In this document: positions 31,506 through 45,276 of the stretch, in pieces | How positions within the stretch are numbered: the stretch's first letter is position 1 | Layout: each line of letters starts with the position of its first letter | NCBI RefSeq assembly: GCF_009914755.1 | Contig: NC_060925.1 | Strand: one strand, 5' to 3' | DNA: 64,000 nucleotides | Origin: the human T2T-CHM13v2.0 reference genome, Homo sapiens | Position numbers and translations under genes: made by a program | The notes under the pieces: model-generated | The model's input: the letters and a program-made list of their open reading frames with translations, nothing else | What the model was told of the DNA's origin: nothing | The model's database searches: none

Positions 31506-34500
31506 TAGATGAAGGCGTGACGAGGTTCTCTTTGTGGATGGCTTGCCCAAGGTCACATCTGCTCATGAGTAGCATCGGAATCCAGAGTCTTCCGAGTTCA
31601 GAGCCTATGTCCTCTCTTGAGCGGCGCTGCCTCTGATTCAGAGTCTTTGGGGGCTGCCAGGAAGCAGGCATGCACCAGAGGATGGGCACACTGAGGTGTG
31701 GCAGAGACACCCTCCCGAGTTTGACTTGCCCCGTGCTGGGCTGCTGGCATCCCTCCCTGGGTCTGGAATCTCCCTGGGTCTGGAGCTGTTACAAAAGGCA
31801 CACATGCTTGGGACTCATACCTGGATGCTCTGCCTCACACTGAGTGACTAGGAAAGTCACATAACCTCTGTGAGCCTCAGTTTGCTCATCTGTAAAACTG
31901 GCTAACAACAGTGACTTCGTGTTGTCCTGAAGATTCACTGTAGTCTGGTATATAAGGTGCCTGACACACAGTAGGTGCATAGCAAAGCCCGTTCTCCTCA
32001 GGACAGCACACCACTGCCCCCTCCCTGCCCCCACCCTCTCTCCTCAGCAAGCCCCACCCCACCTGGGCCTGCTGCTTTTGAAGCACCCCAAATTCACTGT
32101 CCCTAGGGCTTCTCCCCGAGGCCGCACTGGTAAGGGAGAGCTCCTGGCTGCCTCTCCCTGAAATCACACTTTGAGTTCCAAGATTCATTGCTAATCACAC
32201 CAGGGAGAATTCCATTACAATGCCAAGGGTGGGGAAATCACCAACTTTCTGGATTCACCAGATTTCTGGAGTGGCCGTGGCCTGACTCCTTTCTGAGGCG
32301 GCAGCCCCAGCCCTGGTACTCATGGACCACCTGCTTCCATTCCTCACTGAGGGTCTCACTCCAGTCCCCAGTCTTTCCTCTTCCCCATCCCCTTTCAGGG
32401 AAACCTGCAGGCATCCTGCAGGCTGCCCCTTCCTGCAGGACAGCCTCCTTTCCCTGCAAGCCCCCCCCTGGGGAGGCTCCTTGTCCTCTCAAGCTGGTGG
32501 TCTGGGTTTCTCACCTCCCGGCTGAGGTTCCTCATCTACTTGGCTTCACCCCTCTCAGGGACAGTTCCCTGGGGACAAAGCTCCCTTCCAGTCCCCTCCC
32601 CAGCCCATGTCAGGAAGAGGAGGCAGATGGTTAGGTGGGGAATACCTAAGGTCTGAGAAAGCCTCTGGCACCAGAGAAAATAGCAAACCCTCCCCTCCCT
32701 TCCCCCAGACCCAGCCAACTGCGGTTCCAGGCTGCCTGGAGTGACACCTGCCCCTTTGCCCTCTTTCCAGGAGTAAATTTTGGATCAGGTTCAGTCACCA
32801 GCTGTTCGACTAAGAGCAAAGTCAGTTGTGGGATCATGAATGGCTGGGATCCTAGGGAAGACATGCTGAGAAATATCAGTGCCCCGGGGGACCCACGGGA
32901 GAGCTCCTGGAGCAAATAGTAGGCCTGGGGAAGTACAGATTCCAGCTGACAAATCCCTTTGTTTCCCTGGCTACACCAGGTACTGCCAGATACCAACCTG
33001 CAGAGCTAGGCTGGCCCCTGGAGGAGCTGGCCCCCTGGAGTATGTCTTTCTTGCCAGGACATTTGGCATAATGGTCTGATTTGGAGGCAGCTTGATATAT
33101 TCAGGTATTGTACCAGGTAAACTTGCCAGGTACCACTGCCTGGCCACTCAGATAGTGGCACCTGGTAGTAACTGACACACTCAGGTGCATTTTGGTTGGA
33201 TATACCTGTTCATGTGGGTGTGGGCCCCTGAGTCTCGCTGATCATTCAGGGGTGTCTGAGCTGAACAGGCCTGATAACTGCCCTATCACTCAGCTTGCAT
33301 TCCCGGGAGGTCCTGGTAACTGGAACCATTCTGGTCCCGGGGCTCAGCCGAGAGGAAAAGGAAGTGCGAGTCTAAACCCCAGGCTCTTCCTCACTGGTCC
33401 CGATGTGGTTCCCACTTTGCGCCTGTCCAGACTGTTCCCAGGTCCTGACCCCTCCCTGTTCTGCCAGGCCCCACTCCTATCCCTGGGGCCACACCTGGCT
33501 GCTCTGTGGGTCCCAGCCCCTCCCAGGCTTCAGGGAAAGGGGAAGCTGGTCTGGGAGGAAATTAGGGAAATTAGCTGCAACTCCAGGAAACAACATCCCC
33601 AGGACTGGGCTAAGGACTCCGTGCTGGTCCCGCAGGCAAGGGAACTTGGTGCCTCCAGGCTGAGGTTGGGGCATGACAGCTGTCTCTCCTCAGTCTTGGG
33701 CACAGGTCCCAAGCCTGGCCAAGGGCTGCTTCTCAAACTGAGCTTCTGAGTGAGGAGTGGGAGGAACACAGCCTGCCCGGGCATTTCTCTGGGCTGTGCT
33801 AACCTCAGAGGACAACACTCTGAGTCACCACCACAAGTCTGTCCTCACCCCTGCCCCTAGGATGGAGGGAGGCAAAGAGTGAGCGGTGGAGGCAAGATCT
33901 GGGGCCAAAAAATCACAGTGTTGGCCTGGGGCCAATTGGAGCCAGAAGAACCACCAGGGGAGAAGGGCAGGGGCTGGGGGAATTTCTATGCACTTTTCTG
34001 ATGCTGTCAGCAGAGTTAGTTCCCTGGGCTCTAGCTGAATGCTGGCACCAATGCAGTGGCTCAGTTTTAACATAAAATGCCATGCAAATGTCTGCCAAAT
34101 AGCATCCACATCTTCTACCCATGCCCTGGTTTCAGAGGCTCTGGCCTCTGGGTCCCCCGTCTCTGTCTCCAGTAAACTCGCCTGCTTGCACGATTTTCTC
34201 TCAGGCTCTGTCCTTCCCTATCAAGATCCAGCGGCTGGAGCTGGAGCCTGGTGTCATCCTGGCCCAAGCTGCCCAGGCGGGACGACCAGAGAACTCAGAG
34301 GTGGGGATGCAGGTGGGGATGCTCCCCTCCCCAGGCGCCAGGCAGCTGCCCTCTCTCCTCTGCTTCTGCTCCCATCCTGGCTGTCCCTGGACAGCAGCAG
34401 TTGGGTGGGATTCAGAAGCCTGGAGCATTTTCTCCATCCTCCCTGGTGGTCACAGTTGGCAGGAGACAAGTGGGCAAGCAGGGCAGGCTAATCATTTGTC

Positions 34501-34751
34501 ACTGCTTCATGGGGACATCTTTTAAATATTTGTTCAAAATAGGTTTAAAAGAGATGCCAAGGGCTTTGTGAGGTGGGCAGAGAAGAACTGCGGGGGCCAG
34601 CCTTGGTCCCTCTCCCCTCCCCAATCTGGTCTGTGTTCCTCACCCAGCAAGCAAGAGCCCTGCTGTGCAGCCAGTCCCACCAGCTTGTCATTAGAGAAGT
34701 CACCACTGTGAGGGGCTCACTTACAGCTTACACACTTGTCAAACAATTTCT

Positions 34752-35400
<649 letters not shown>

Positions 35401-36696
35401 CCAAACAATTTCTCCAACCACACATCTTGATACTTTCCAAGGGCATTCTGTGCACCTGCCAGCTGGCCACTCCTTAACCCAGTTCTGGCTACAAGGCCCT
35501 TTGGGGTCCACCTTGTCTAGCAACCTGACAGTGCCCCAGCATGCATCTCATCAGCCCTTGTCTGGCTCCAAACCAATGGAGTCTATGTGGGTGTGCTCAG
35601 ATGTGGGCAGTGGAGTGAGTAGATGTTCTCAGACAATCCCCCTCTTTCTAGGACCTCATTTCCTAAAGTTGAACCTCAGAATCTCCTGCAGAAGCCAACG
35701 TGGCCCATTTTCTCTCTTGGTCTCAGGCGTTCAGGTAGGAAGAAGGTGGGACTCCCTCCTCTCATTCCGTGCCCTTTCACTTCCTGTCCCAAATCCCCTC
35801 CCAAGGTCATGGGAGAGCCCTGGGCTGACTGCTCACAGCTCACTCCTAGAAGCAAGGCCTCACCTTGGCTCTGTCCCTCCCCCACTGCCTCTCTGTCCCC
35901 CACAGGAGGGGCGGCGGGTGCCTCCACGAGGTTGGGATTTTGTGTTTAATTATGGAGCAGGAACTTGGCAATGAGGCAGCTCCCAGCAGGGTGTGCAGTG
36001 TCTCTCGGCACCCTGGCTAATGAGATAGTGTGGAGCCAGCTGACAGAGGCAGGCTGTGTAATTTACGAGTGCCTAATTGCTGTGGAGGCTATTGCTTTTA
36101 ATGTGATCCAGAGCAAAGGCCTTCTTTTCTTTTCTTTTTCTTTTAAAATCCATTCCCCTGGGGGAAGCGGAGTTCTGGTTTCTCTCCTAACATGTGTTTT
36201 AACCTGGACATGCTATTCAGTGGCACTGGGGACAGTCCATTCAAATGGTCTTTCCTCCTGAGTGGCTGTTTAGAGCAGGGTCCTGAGCTACTTGGGGGTT
36301 GGGAGATGCAGAGGGGAAGTTCAAGGTGCCTCAAGTGCACCTCAGACTAACTCCCCTTAGCACTGTCCCAGTGGGACGCCACGTTCAGCACGCAGGTTGC
36401 TCACTCACTGGACCAGTGGCTCTTGGAACCTTTTGAGAATTTCACAAAAGTTCCTTTCTCTCAAAAAGAACAATAGCTAGTGTTAATTGTCCTCTTAGTA
36501 TGTTCCAAGATCTATGTTAAATTTATATACCTATCCCATCTAACCCTCATCATGGCCCTATGAGAAGGGTGCTATATTACCCCCATTTTACAGATGAGGA
36601 AATAGAGGTACAGAGTGCCAAATAATTTGCTCATATCACATATATAGGACTTGAATATGGCAGATTGATTCCACTTGAACATGTTAATTTGTAGAG

Positions 36697-37082
<386 letters not shown>

Positions 37083-37405
37083 TAGAAACATACAGTCTCT
37101 GCTTCTCTATCTCACATAACACACACATACACACTCACAATGTTAGCATATAATGTTATGGGTTTTCAGACTCACTAAAGCCCTGCAAGGACCCTCTTCT
37201 GCTGCTCAGGGATATAAAACTCCCCTATTTAGGAGGCTGGAATCCAGACTGTGAGGTGCCTGAGGGCAGGAAGTATGGCAGTCACCACAACTACTGAATT
37301 CAAACACCACTTAATTAGTGTTTACTGAAGGAAGGAAAGGGGAAAGAGAGGGAAAGAAGGGAGGCAGTGAGGATGGGCATGATCCCTGCCTTCAAGAAGT
37401 TCAGA

Positions 37406-37698
<293 letters not shown>

Positions 37699-38191
37699 TT
37701 AGTCAGACAATCTATTAATATGCAAAGACAAATGAGACTTGTAAATAAGTTCAAAAGAAGAGAAGAGCCATCCCCAGTCCAAGCAGGATCCATTGTGCCA
37801 ACTGGATAAAACCCCTGAATACTTACTGCAGGAAGTCAGACAACGGAGAACCGCTGGTCCAGTGGGGATTGGGGTGGTGCGGGACTAGTTGGGCAACCCA
37901 GGTGGTGGGCTTGGAGCCTTTCAAGAAGAATTCATTAAGGGTGTACACAGTGTTCCTGACGGCAGCTGTGTTTGCTTTCTCTCCAGGGAGGGGGTTGGCA
38001 GTGGGCAGGAGGGAAGGGCCAGGAGACCGGCACGGTCCTTAGCTCCTGCCTCCTTTCAGCTCAGCCAAACAGCTCAGCAGCCACCAATTCTCCCAGTCTC
38101 CCTCTCCCGCCTTCCATTCATCCCTCAGCCCACCATTCAGGCCTCTGCCCTACTCCCATCTCCAGAATTGCCCTTGTTAAAGTCACCAATC

Positions 38192-38278
38192 TAGGGCTAC
38201 CAACCATCTCTGTCTGCCCAGGACTTTCAATGCTAGAACTGGGAGAATCCCAGGCAAACTGGGCCTATGGCCACCCTA
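38192..38278. mobile_element. MER81/MER94-like hAT-Blackjack MITE
   Basis: Terminal inverted repeats TAGGGCTACCA / TGGCCACCCTA; internal TGCCCAGGACT...CCCAGGCAAAC. Confidence 0.6.
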
Positions 38279-38472
38279 CCAATGGCTTCCTAGTTGCCAA
38301 ATTCAATGATGTCTTTCAGTCTTGCTCTGTGGGCACCTCCTGACTCCCCTTTCCTTTCCAACACCTCTCTTCCCCTTGCTCCTGTCCTAACTTCTGGTCT
38401 GCTTGTTCTCTTCTTCCTTCATCAGCTTTGCTTCCTCTGCCAATTCAGTTCTGCTGTGTCGGTTCTGTAGAC

Positions 38473-38977
38473 CAGTGGCGCCTAACCTTTTTGGCGCCAG
38501 GGACCAGTTTCATGGAAAACGGTTTTTTTCACCGACCAGGCAGGGAGATGGTTTCAGGATGATTAAAGCGCATTACATTTAGTGTGCACTCTATTTCTAT
38601 TATTATTACCTTGTAATATACAATGAAATAATTATACAACTCACCATCATGTAGAATCAATGGGAGCCCTGAGCTTGTTTTCCCGTAACTAGATGGTCCC
38701 ATCTGGGGGTGATGGGAGACAGTGACAGATCATCAGGCATTAGATTCTCATAAGGAGCATGCAACGTAGATCCCTCACATGTGCAGTTCACAACAGGCTT
38801 CGTGCTCCTATGAGAATCTAATGCTGCCACTGATATGATAGAAGGCAGAGCTCAGGTGGGAATGTGAGTGACTGGGAGCGGCTGTAAATACAGATGAAGC
38901 TTTGCTTGCTTGCCTGCTGCTCACCTCCTGCTGTGTGGCCCAGTTCCTAACAGGCAGCCAGGAGTTGGGGACCCCTG
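38473..38977 (+). mobile_element. MER1A (hAT-Charlie)
   Basis: CAGTGGCGCCTAACCTTTTTGGCGCCAGGGACC...GGCATTAGATTCTCATAAGGAGC...GTTGGGGACCCCTG; TAGAC present in both TSD copies. Confidence 0.88.
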
Positions 38978-41900
38978 TCCTAGACCCCGGTGAGCACCTG
39001 ATATATACTAGTCCTGGGCATACAAAGGCTAAAGATGTAGTCTCTGGCCACAGGAAGCTCTCAGCCCAGTAAAGGAGGAAGACATGGAGCCCCCAAGCAC
39101 TGGGAAGCACACAGTGAGAGAAGTATGTCGAACAGACAGGCTTCCGACTGGGGAGTGATCAAGCCTGTGTAGACAACACTGAACCTGTGTGTGTCAAGGA
39201 GGCAGTGACTCTTGAGCTGGATTTTGAAGAATGAATAGGAGTTTACTAGGTAAGTGGTGAAGGAGGGAACCTCTCCCATAGGTGGGAACATGTGCCAAGG
39301 CATGAAGCAGTGAAACATAGTGGTGTGTACAAGAGAAGTACTCATAGTTTGATGTGGCTGGACACAACAAGAGAGGGAGAAAATCAGGATGAGCTGACGA
39401 GGGAGGCAGGGGATCCATATGCCATAAGGGAGTTTGTGAATGAGCACAAGGAGGCCCATAGCTCATGAAAATGAACAGAAAATGTTGTGCATATGTGTTT
39501 TGATTCCTCAGATTTCATCAGATTCTGAAAGAGGGGTTGGGGACTCAAAGGCCTCTTGTTGGGGAGCTACTGGAAGCAACTGGGCAGAGGAGGAGCCACT
39601 GGCAGATTGGCCAGTGGCTAAGGTTAAGGCCTCTCTGGCATCTGTCTGAAGGAGGGGTGTGGGGCCTGGAAGCTAAAGGCCAGTGGGCCAGTGGGGCCTG
39701 CGGGTTCAAACCATGGCCTTCTTCCTTGGCCCTGAGCAAGGTCTTTCCCGGTCAGCCACCTCCAGAGCACTTGTCTCCAGGCCCATCCAACAGGCCTCTG
39801 GAGCATTTCTAAAAGTCTTCACCAAGATGTTCAACTGGCTCCTCAAGGGCTACCTGGCTACAGCTGAAATCAGCACCTATGCTTGGCCCATGGCAGATAT
39901 TGAGTAACTACTTTCAAACTGAACTAAGATCCAACTGTCCAATGAACTCATGAGCTGGGTTTTAGGGTTTGGTTTTAGGTCTTCCTGGGGATCAATCAAC
40001 TCTCTTGGTCCAAAAGTCTCAAAATTCTTAAGGTTTCCTGAAAAGAAAATCTACGGTTCCTATCCCTATCTATTAGTTGAGAAATAATTTCATTACATTT
40101 CACTATAATCCAAGTAGGAGTCTTTGACCCCATTCTCTAGGTGAGCAAACAGAGACCCAGGGGTAAAGAATGGGCTTAGAAAGCCCAGGTAAACCAGCTG
40201 TCTCTCCTCTCCCACCCTGCATACGGGTCCTCTCAGTGGCCCACCCCAGCCAGTGTGGCCTGCAGCCTCACCCCAAAGACTCTTCTAGTCTTGTTCCTAA
40301 GGACCACTTTCCCATTTACACCAGCTTTGTGTGGTGATTCTGTTGTCATGGCAATGCATCAACCTGAAGGGGGTGGGGTGTGTGTGTGTGTGTGTGTGTG
40401 TGTAAGTTTGGAAGGCACCGCTGGATGTAGTGGTGGGGTTCTAATTGGTTTGATAGTTGCTAGGGTCAACTGGTCTGTGATTGGCTGACTCTATTTATGG
40501 GTCCACCCTGTCCTAGAACCCTCTGGGGATGCAGCTGTTGCCTCATCTGAAGTCTAGAATGGTGTGTGTGTGTGCGTGCATGTGCATGCACATGTGTAAA
40601 CACATGCATAAATGCACACATGCCTGTACTTTCACCACAAATAGCGAAGGGAGGATATGACACTTGGTGAAGTGATAAAGCAGAAAGTCCCAGGCTCTCT
40701 GCTGGAATCACACTGCTACAGGTAAATGATATTTTTCTCCTAATCATCCCCACTTCTCATAAATCACTGGAAAACAATGGCCTAGGTTTAGCCAGAGGAG
40801 GAGTAAGAATTGGCTCAGTCTAGCCAAGTCCTGCTGTCCCAATGACTCACAGACCTCTAACTAGCTAGGCCATAATGGGTCAGTCCATCTTCAGGTCTCT
40901 GCTGCCAATCTCCCTCCTGCCTGCCAAGGGCAGGCTGTTGAGGTGAGTTTCTCTGTTCTCACTTAGCTTCTCATTTCTCATGTCTTTACTTGATTCCTGG
41001 AACCCTAAAAAGGGCCCTCTGGACAAACACTAATGATCTCATACACATGCAGGTCGTTCTACAGTGTGCAAAGCACTTTCACAGTCACCTTTGCATTTAG
41101 TTCTCCCATCCTGAAAGATAGGTATTCACACTATTCCCCTTTTGCTATAGAGGAAAACAGAGGCCCAGAGAAACAAAGTGATTTCTGCACCTTAGGGGCG
41201 GAGTCAAGTCTCCGGCCTCCCAAATGTCCCTGCAGTGCTTTCAGAGACTGTGCCTGCTCGGATATAGGGCCAGAGGGGAAGGGAGCCCCTGACAATGTGC
41301 AGAAAAGAGATTCTCTGTTGGCTGAACTCTCCCTGTCTGGATGCTGTGCCTCCCAGGGGAAAGTGGGGCGGGCTTGAACTTTGGTTTTTCAGATGCTATT
41401 CAAATGCACTGCCCACACAGTCTGCGAGGGAGAGCTGTTTCCAGCTTCCCTGCTCAGCCCTCAGGCACCCAGGGACGCCTGTCCTATCTGCAGAGCAGTG
41501 GCATGTCACTGGCAGCGAGGAGGAGACAGGAGCAGAGTGGGCAGTGGGCTGAGCTGCTGCTGGGGCCACCATTGTCATGCTGCTCAGGCCTGCCAGCATT
41601 ACACTGCTACATGGCTAGGGTGACCAGGGCCTCCCGGGGATGCCACAGATCCATTAGACTAGCAGAGGGGAAGGGGGCTGCAGGACCCACAGGGGATGGG
41701 CCCCAGGGGCTGGGGTGCCAGGGAAACCCCCAGCTGAGGGTCTGTTGTCTGTCCCTCTGCAAGGAGGGAGTTAATGGGCTGCAGAAAAGAGAAACAGCAT
41801 TGATTGGGTGCCAAGTTTACATCCTATTGAAACCTCACAACAGCCCCATGAGAGAGGGACTATTACCATCTCCATGTTATGGACAGGAAAGGAAGTCAGA

Positions 41901-44900
41901 TATGTCAGTAACTGCCCAAGGTCACACAGTTTACATGGCTTTAAAGCTCAAAGTATTGCTTGGTAAGGCAGCAGGGAAGGAGCCCCTCCTTAGTGGAAGT
42001 CCTAGGTAGTGCTGCTTCTACTGTGTTTGGCTTATTGCAAGATGCACAGAAAGAAAGTTGGCATCGGAGGGCAGGGGACACCAAGGGGTTCAGAGGGAAT
42101 TTTTGAAATGGTACAGATGAGAAGCAGAAAAATTAGGCTGACCCAAAGAGCACACATACACAGGCCACTGATGTGTATGACTGGGTATCATGGACTCCCT
42201 ATCCAGCTAGTAAGCCCTGCCCAGGGTCACTCTTATCTGGTTCCCCCCTCCCACCTCCCATCTGCACTTGCCCTTTCCTGGGGTGGCCAAAGCTTGTTGT
42301 GCCATTCTCTGGGCTCCATATAGATGCCCACCTGCAGTTCATCCTCTTCCTTCAACCCTGAGAACCAAGACGATGCTTCAAAACTGAAGCTTTCAGAGAT
42401 TCTGAAGCAATCCCATGTGGTGGTGGTGGGGCAGGGGGTGATGTGACAGGCTCTGAGCAGGTGGCTGGCCCTACATCATTTCAGCTGTCATCTCTCCTCT
42501 GTGGAGCTGTCCCAAATTCTCTTGGGCAGAGTTAAGGGCTTCTTCCTCTGCTCAGCCCATATTGCCTTGGTAGGTGACTGCCTCTGCATATCTTTCTCCA
42601 CCTGAACAGTGAACTACATGAGAATAGGAACTGAGACTTAAAATCATCTATCCAATGCAAGGATCCAGTATAGTCCTTGTCACATAGCAGGTGTTCAATA
42701 AATGTTTGTTGAATGCATGAATGATGGTAATTATATTTACTATCTATTGAGTTCTCCATTATGAGCCAAGTCCTATGCCAGGCCCTTAGCATACATTACC
42801 CTAATATGTACAACAACCATACAAGATTGATTTTAGCAACTTTGTTCTACAGATGGCCTCAGAAAGCTTAGTTCGCTTGCCCAAGTTCACAGAGCAATCT
42901 AAGGAGGTGCTGGGAATCAAGGCTCACTTAAGAAGCTCCAAGGTCCCACTCAGCCTATCACATCAGTGCTTCTAATCTTGACACTGTTGGCTCCCTTATC
43001 TTCTAGAATCCAATAGTCACAAGGCTCCATGACCCTGTCTCCTACCTATCTCTCAAATCAGTTCCCTCCTCTCCTCCCTGCTGCCGCTGTGTGGTCTAAG
43101 CTCATTCTCATTTTCCACTAGGATCAGCCTCCACGTTGGGGGTCTTCAGGACCCAGCACCTGCCTGCCTCTACAGTGTCACCTCCACCCCAGACTTTAAG
43201 TTCTGACCTCATGGAACTGTGGGTCCATATTCTGTCACCCCTGCACTCTGCACAAGGGATTACCCCTCCTGGAAAAAACAGGGAAAATCCTTCCTCCTCT
43301 CTCTTGTCCCCTCATCCTGTAACCCTCACCTCAAGCAGAATAGCTCCTCCCAGGCATCCGTAACACTAAGCCTCCTCCTATAGCATCCTAACTGTTTGCT
43401 TCCCTGCCGCATTACACCAAGAGCTTCTTGAAGGCAGGGACTGGGTTATACTCATCTTATGTGCCCAGAGCCCTGGCTATCATTTGGCACATAAGAGATG
43501 TTGAGAAAGTGTTTGTGGAGACCTCTTGACTTCACCCCCCTAGTTCCTTGAAATTCTACCCTTTGGCCCCACTCTCTCTAATCCGCCAGTAAAGAGTTCC
43601 TTGGCCATAGTCCTTCTCCCTTTCCCTCCCTGCCCCTTCCAAACCTCTTTATGGCCTCCTGCTCCCCAGGCTTCTCACCATCCACTGGACTACAGAGCCA
43701 GGAGGTTGCTGCACACCTAAAGGCTCTGGATCCATGCACCCCGACAACACTTGGCAGTTTCATTTTTAGGAAGTGCTGTGCCCAGGAAATCTGCATGCCT
43801 TGGCAGAGAAAGCGAGGTAAAAAAAAAAAAAAGAGTTGGGAGGCCCTCTGTGAGATGTCAACTACCCACAGGTCACTTTCATGCATGGGCCCAGTGTCTT
43901 CCTTCATTCTCCTGTCTCCAGCTGACAGTGGGACCTCAGGCCCATGTCTTCCAGAAGGAAACTGTTCTATTCTCAACAACTCACAGTCCCCAGGGAAAGG
44001 GTTCAGGTAGAAGCACATGTACACTGTGGAGCACCCCCTCCTAAGGAGACTTTCCCTGTGGGAGACCCCAGACTGCAGCAGCCAAGCCCTCTGGTAGGGC
44101 AGGGGACACAGACTGCCTTGATGAGGTGCCATAGAGCCAAGGCACACCTCCTCTCCTCACAGCCCTCAGGAGGAAGCAGAGATGAGAGGGGCCTGGCGGT
44201 GGGGCACTGTGCCCTTCACCCCCATCCCCAGATTTTTGTTTTGTTTTTTTTTTTGATCCTTGAAGTCAGATGATGTGGGTGCAATGGCCATTGGCCTGAG
44301 TTCTAATCATGGCTCGCCATGAACTCTTGTGGCACTTTAGGCCAGTTCAATTGCTTTGCTGGGCCTCAGTTTCCCCTTCTGTAAAATGAGAGTGCCACTA
44401 GCTGAACTAGCCATTCTGTAACCCTTCTTGGATGATTCTCAAATATCCTGTGGAGTTTAATTCCAAAAGGACAAGTTGAATTATCCTTCGGGGAGGGAAA
44501 TGTGAATGATGGCTGGTAACAAGGGCTTCATTCAGGTCCTGGAGAGGTGGGAACTTTGTCCGGAAAGGTAAGTGACAAGTCCCACTGGATAGGGTAGAAG
44601 GGGAGCCCGAGGGCTACTATTGTCAAGAAAATGACCACCAAAATCTGTCCATGCACATTCGTTCCTAGGGCGCCAGGTACAGGGAGGTACCTAGGAGAGG
44701 TAGGAGCACCGCTTTTAGAGACAGGCAGGCACTCTCAGTGTACCCCTGGCGCCTTGGTGTCCTGGGGTGATCCAGTCCAGAAGGCCTCATCCCCTAGCCA
44801 AGGCTCTCAGGGCCGGTTTTAGAAACGAAACAGGAAGAGGCACTTGGACCCTGGTTCCCAGAGTGGGAGAAAGGGGTGGGCACCCGGGCAGAGGGAGCCC

Positions 44901-44996
44901 TGGGGATTGGTAGCGGCTGTGGGCAGGGCGGGAGGGCCGGGGGCGGAGTCAACTTGTACATGTGAAAAACTCTGGCGGGGGCCGGGCATTTTCCTT

Positions 44997-45023
44997 CCTC
45001 CTCCTCCTCCTCCTCCTCCTCCT
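44997..45023 (+). repeat. (CCT)9 at the CDK18 start region
   Basis: Nine perfect CCT units within a pyrimidine tract at ~44989-45082. Confidence 0.92.
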
Positions 45024-45024
45024 C

Positions 45025-45276
45025 CCTCCTCTTCCCCACCTTCCTCCACTCCCTCCCTTCCCCTCCCCTTCTACCTCCTCCTCGGCCAGCTCAGGTTGCA
45101 GCTTCTCTGGGGAACTGCTCACCTTTCCGGAGCAGGGGAAGCTGCCCCGTGCCCGGGAGGGAGCGGGCGCACCGCGGCCCCCAGGACACGCGCTGTGAGT
45201 CCCGCGGGCGGTGCGCCTGGGAGGAAGGGGGAGGTCGGAGGAGGGGGCACCGCGGCGCCGGGTATAAGGAGCAAAG
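45025..45276 (+). other. CDK18: CDK18 non-coding exon 1 (start approximate) with two candidate donors
   Basis: Donors GCT|GTGAGT (exon end 45194) and AAG|GTAAGC (exon end 45276) lie inside the CpG island. The next recognisable CDK18 exon acceptor is at 63543. Confidence 0.75.

Noticed and set aside
34082-34089. Single octamer ATGCAAAT
   Set aside because: One 8-mer is expected by chance in 64 kb; no supporting context seen.
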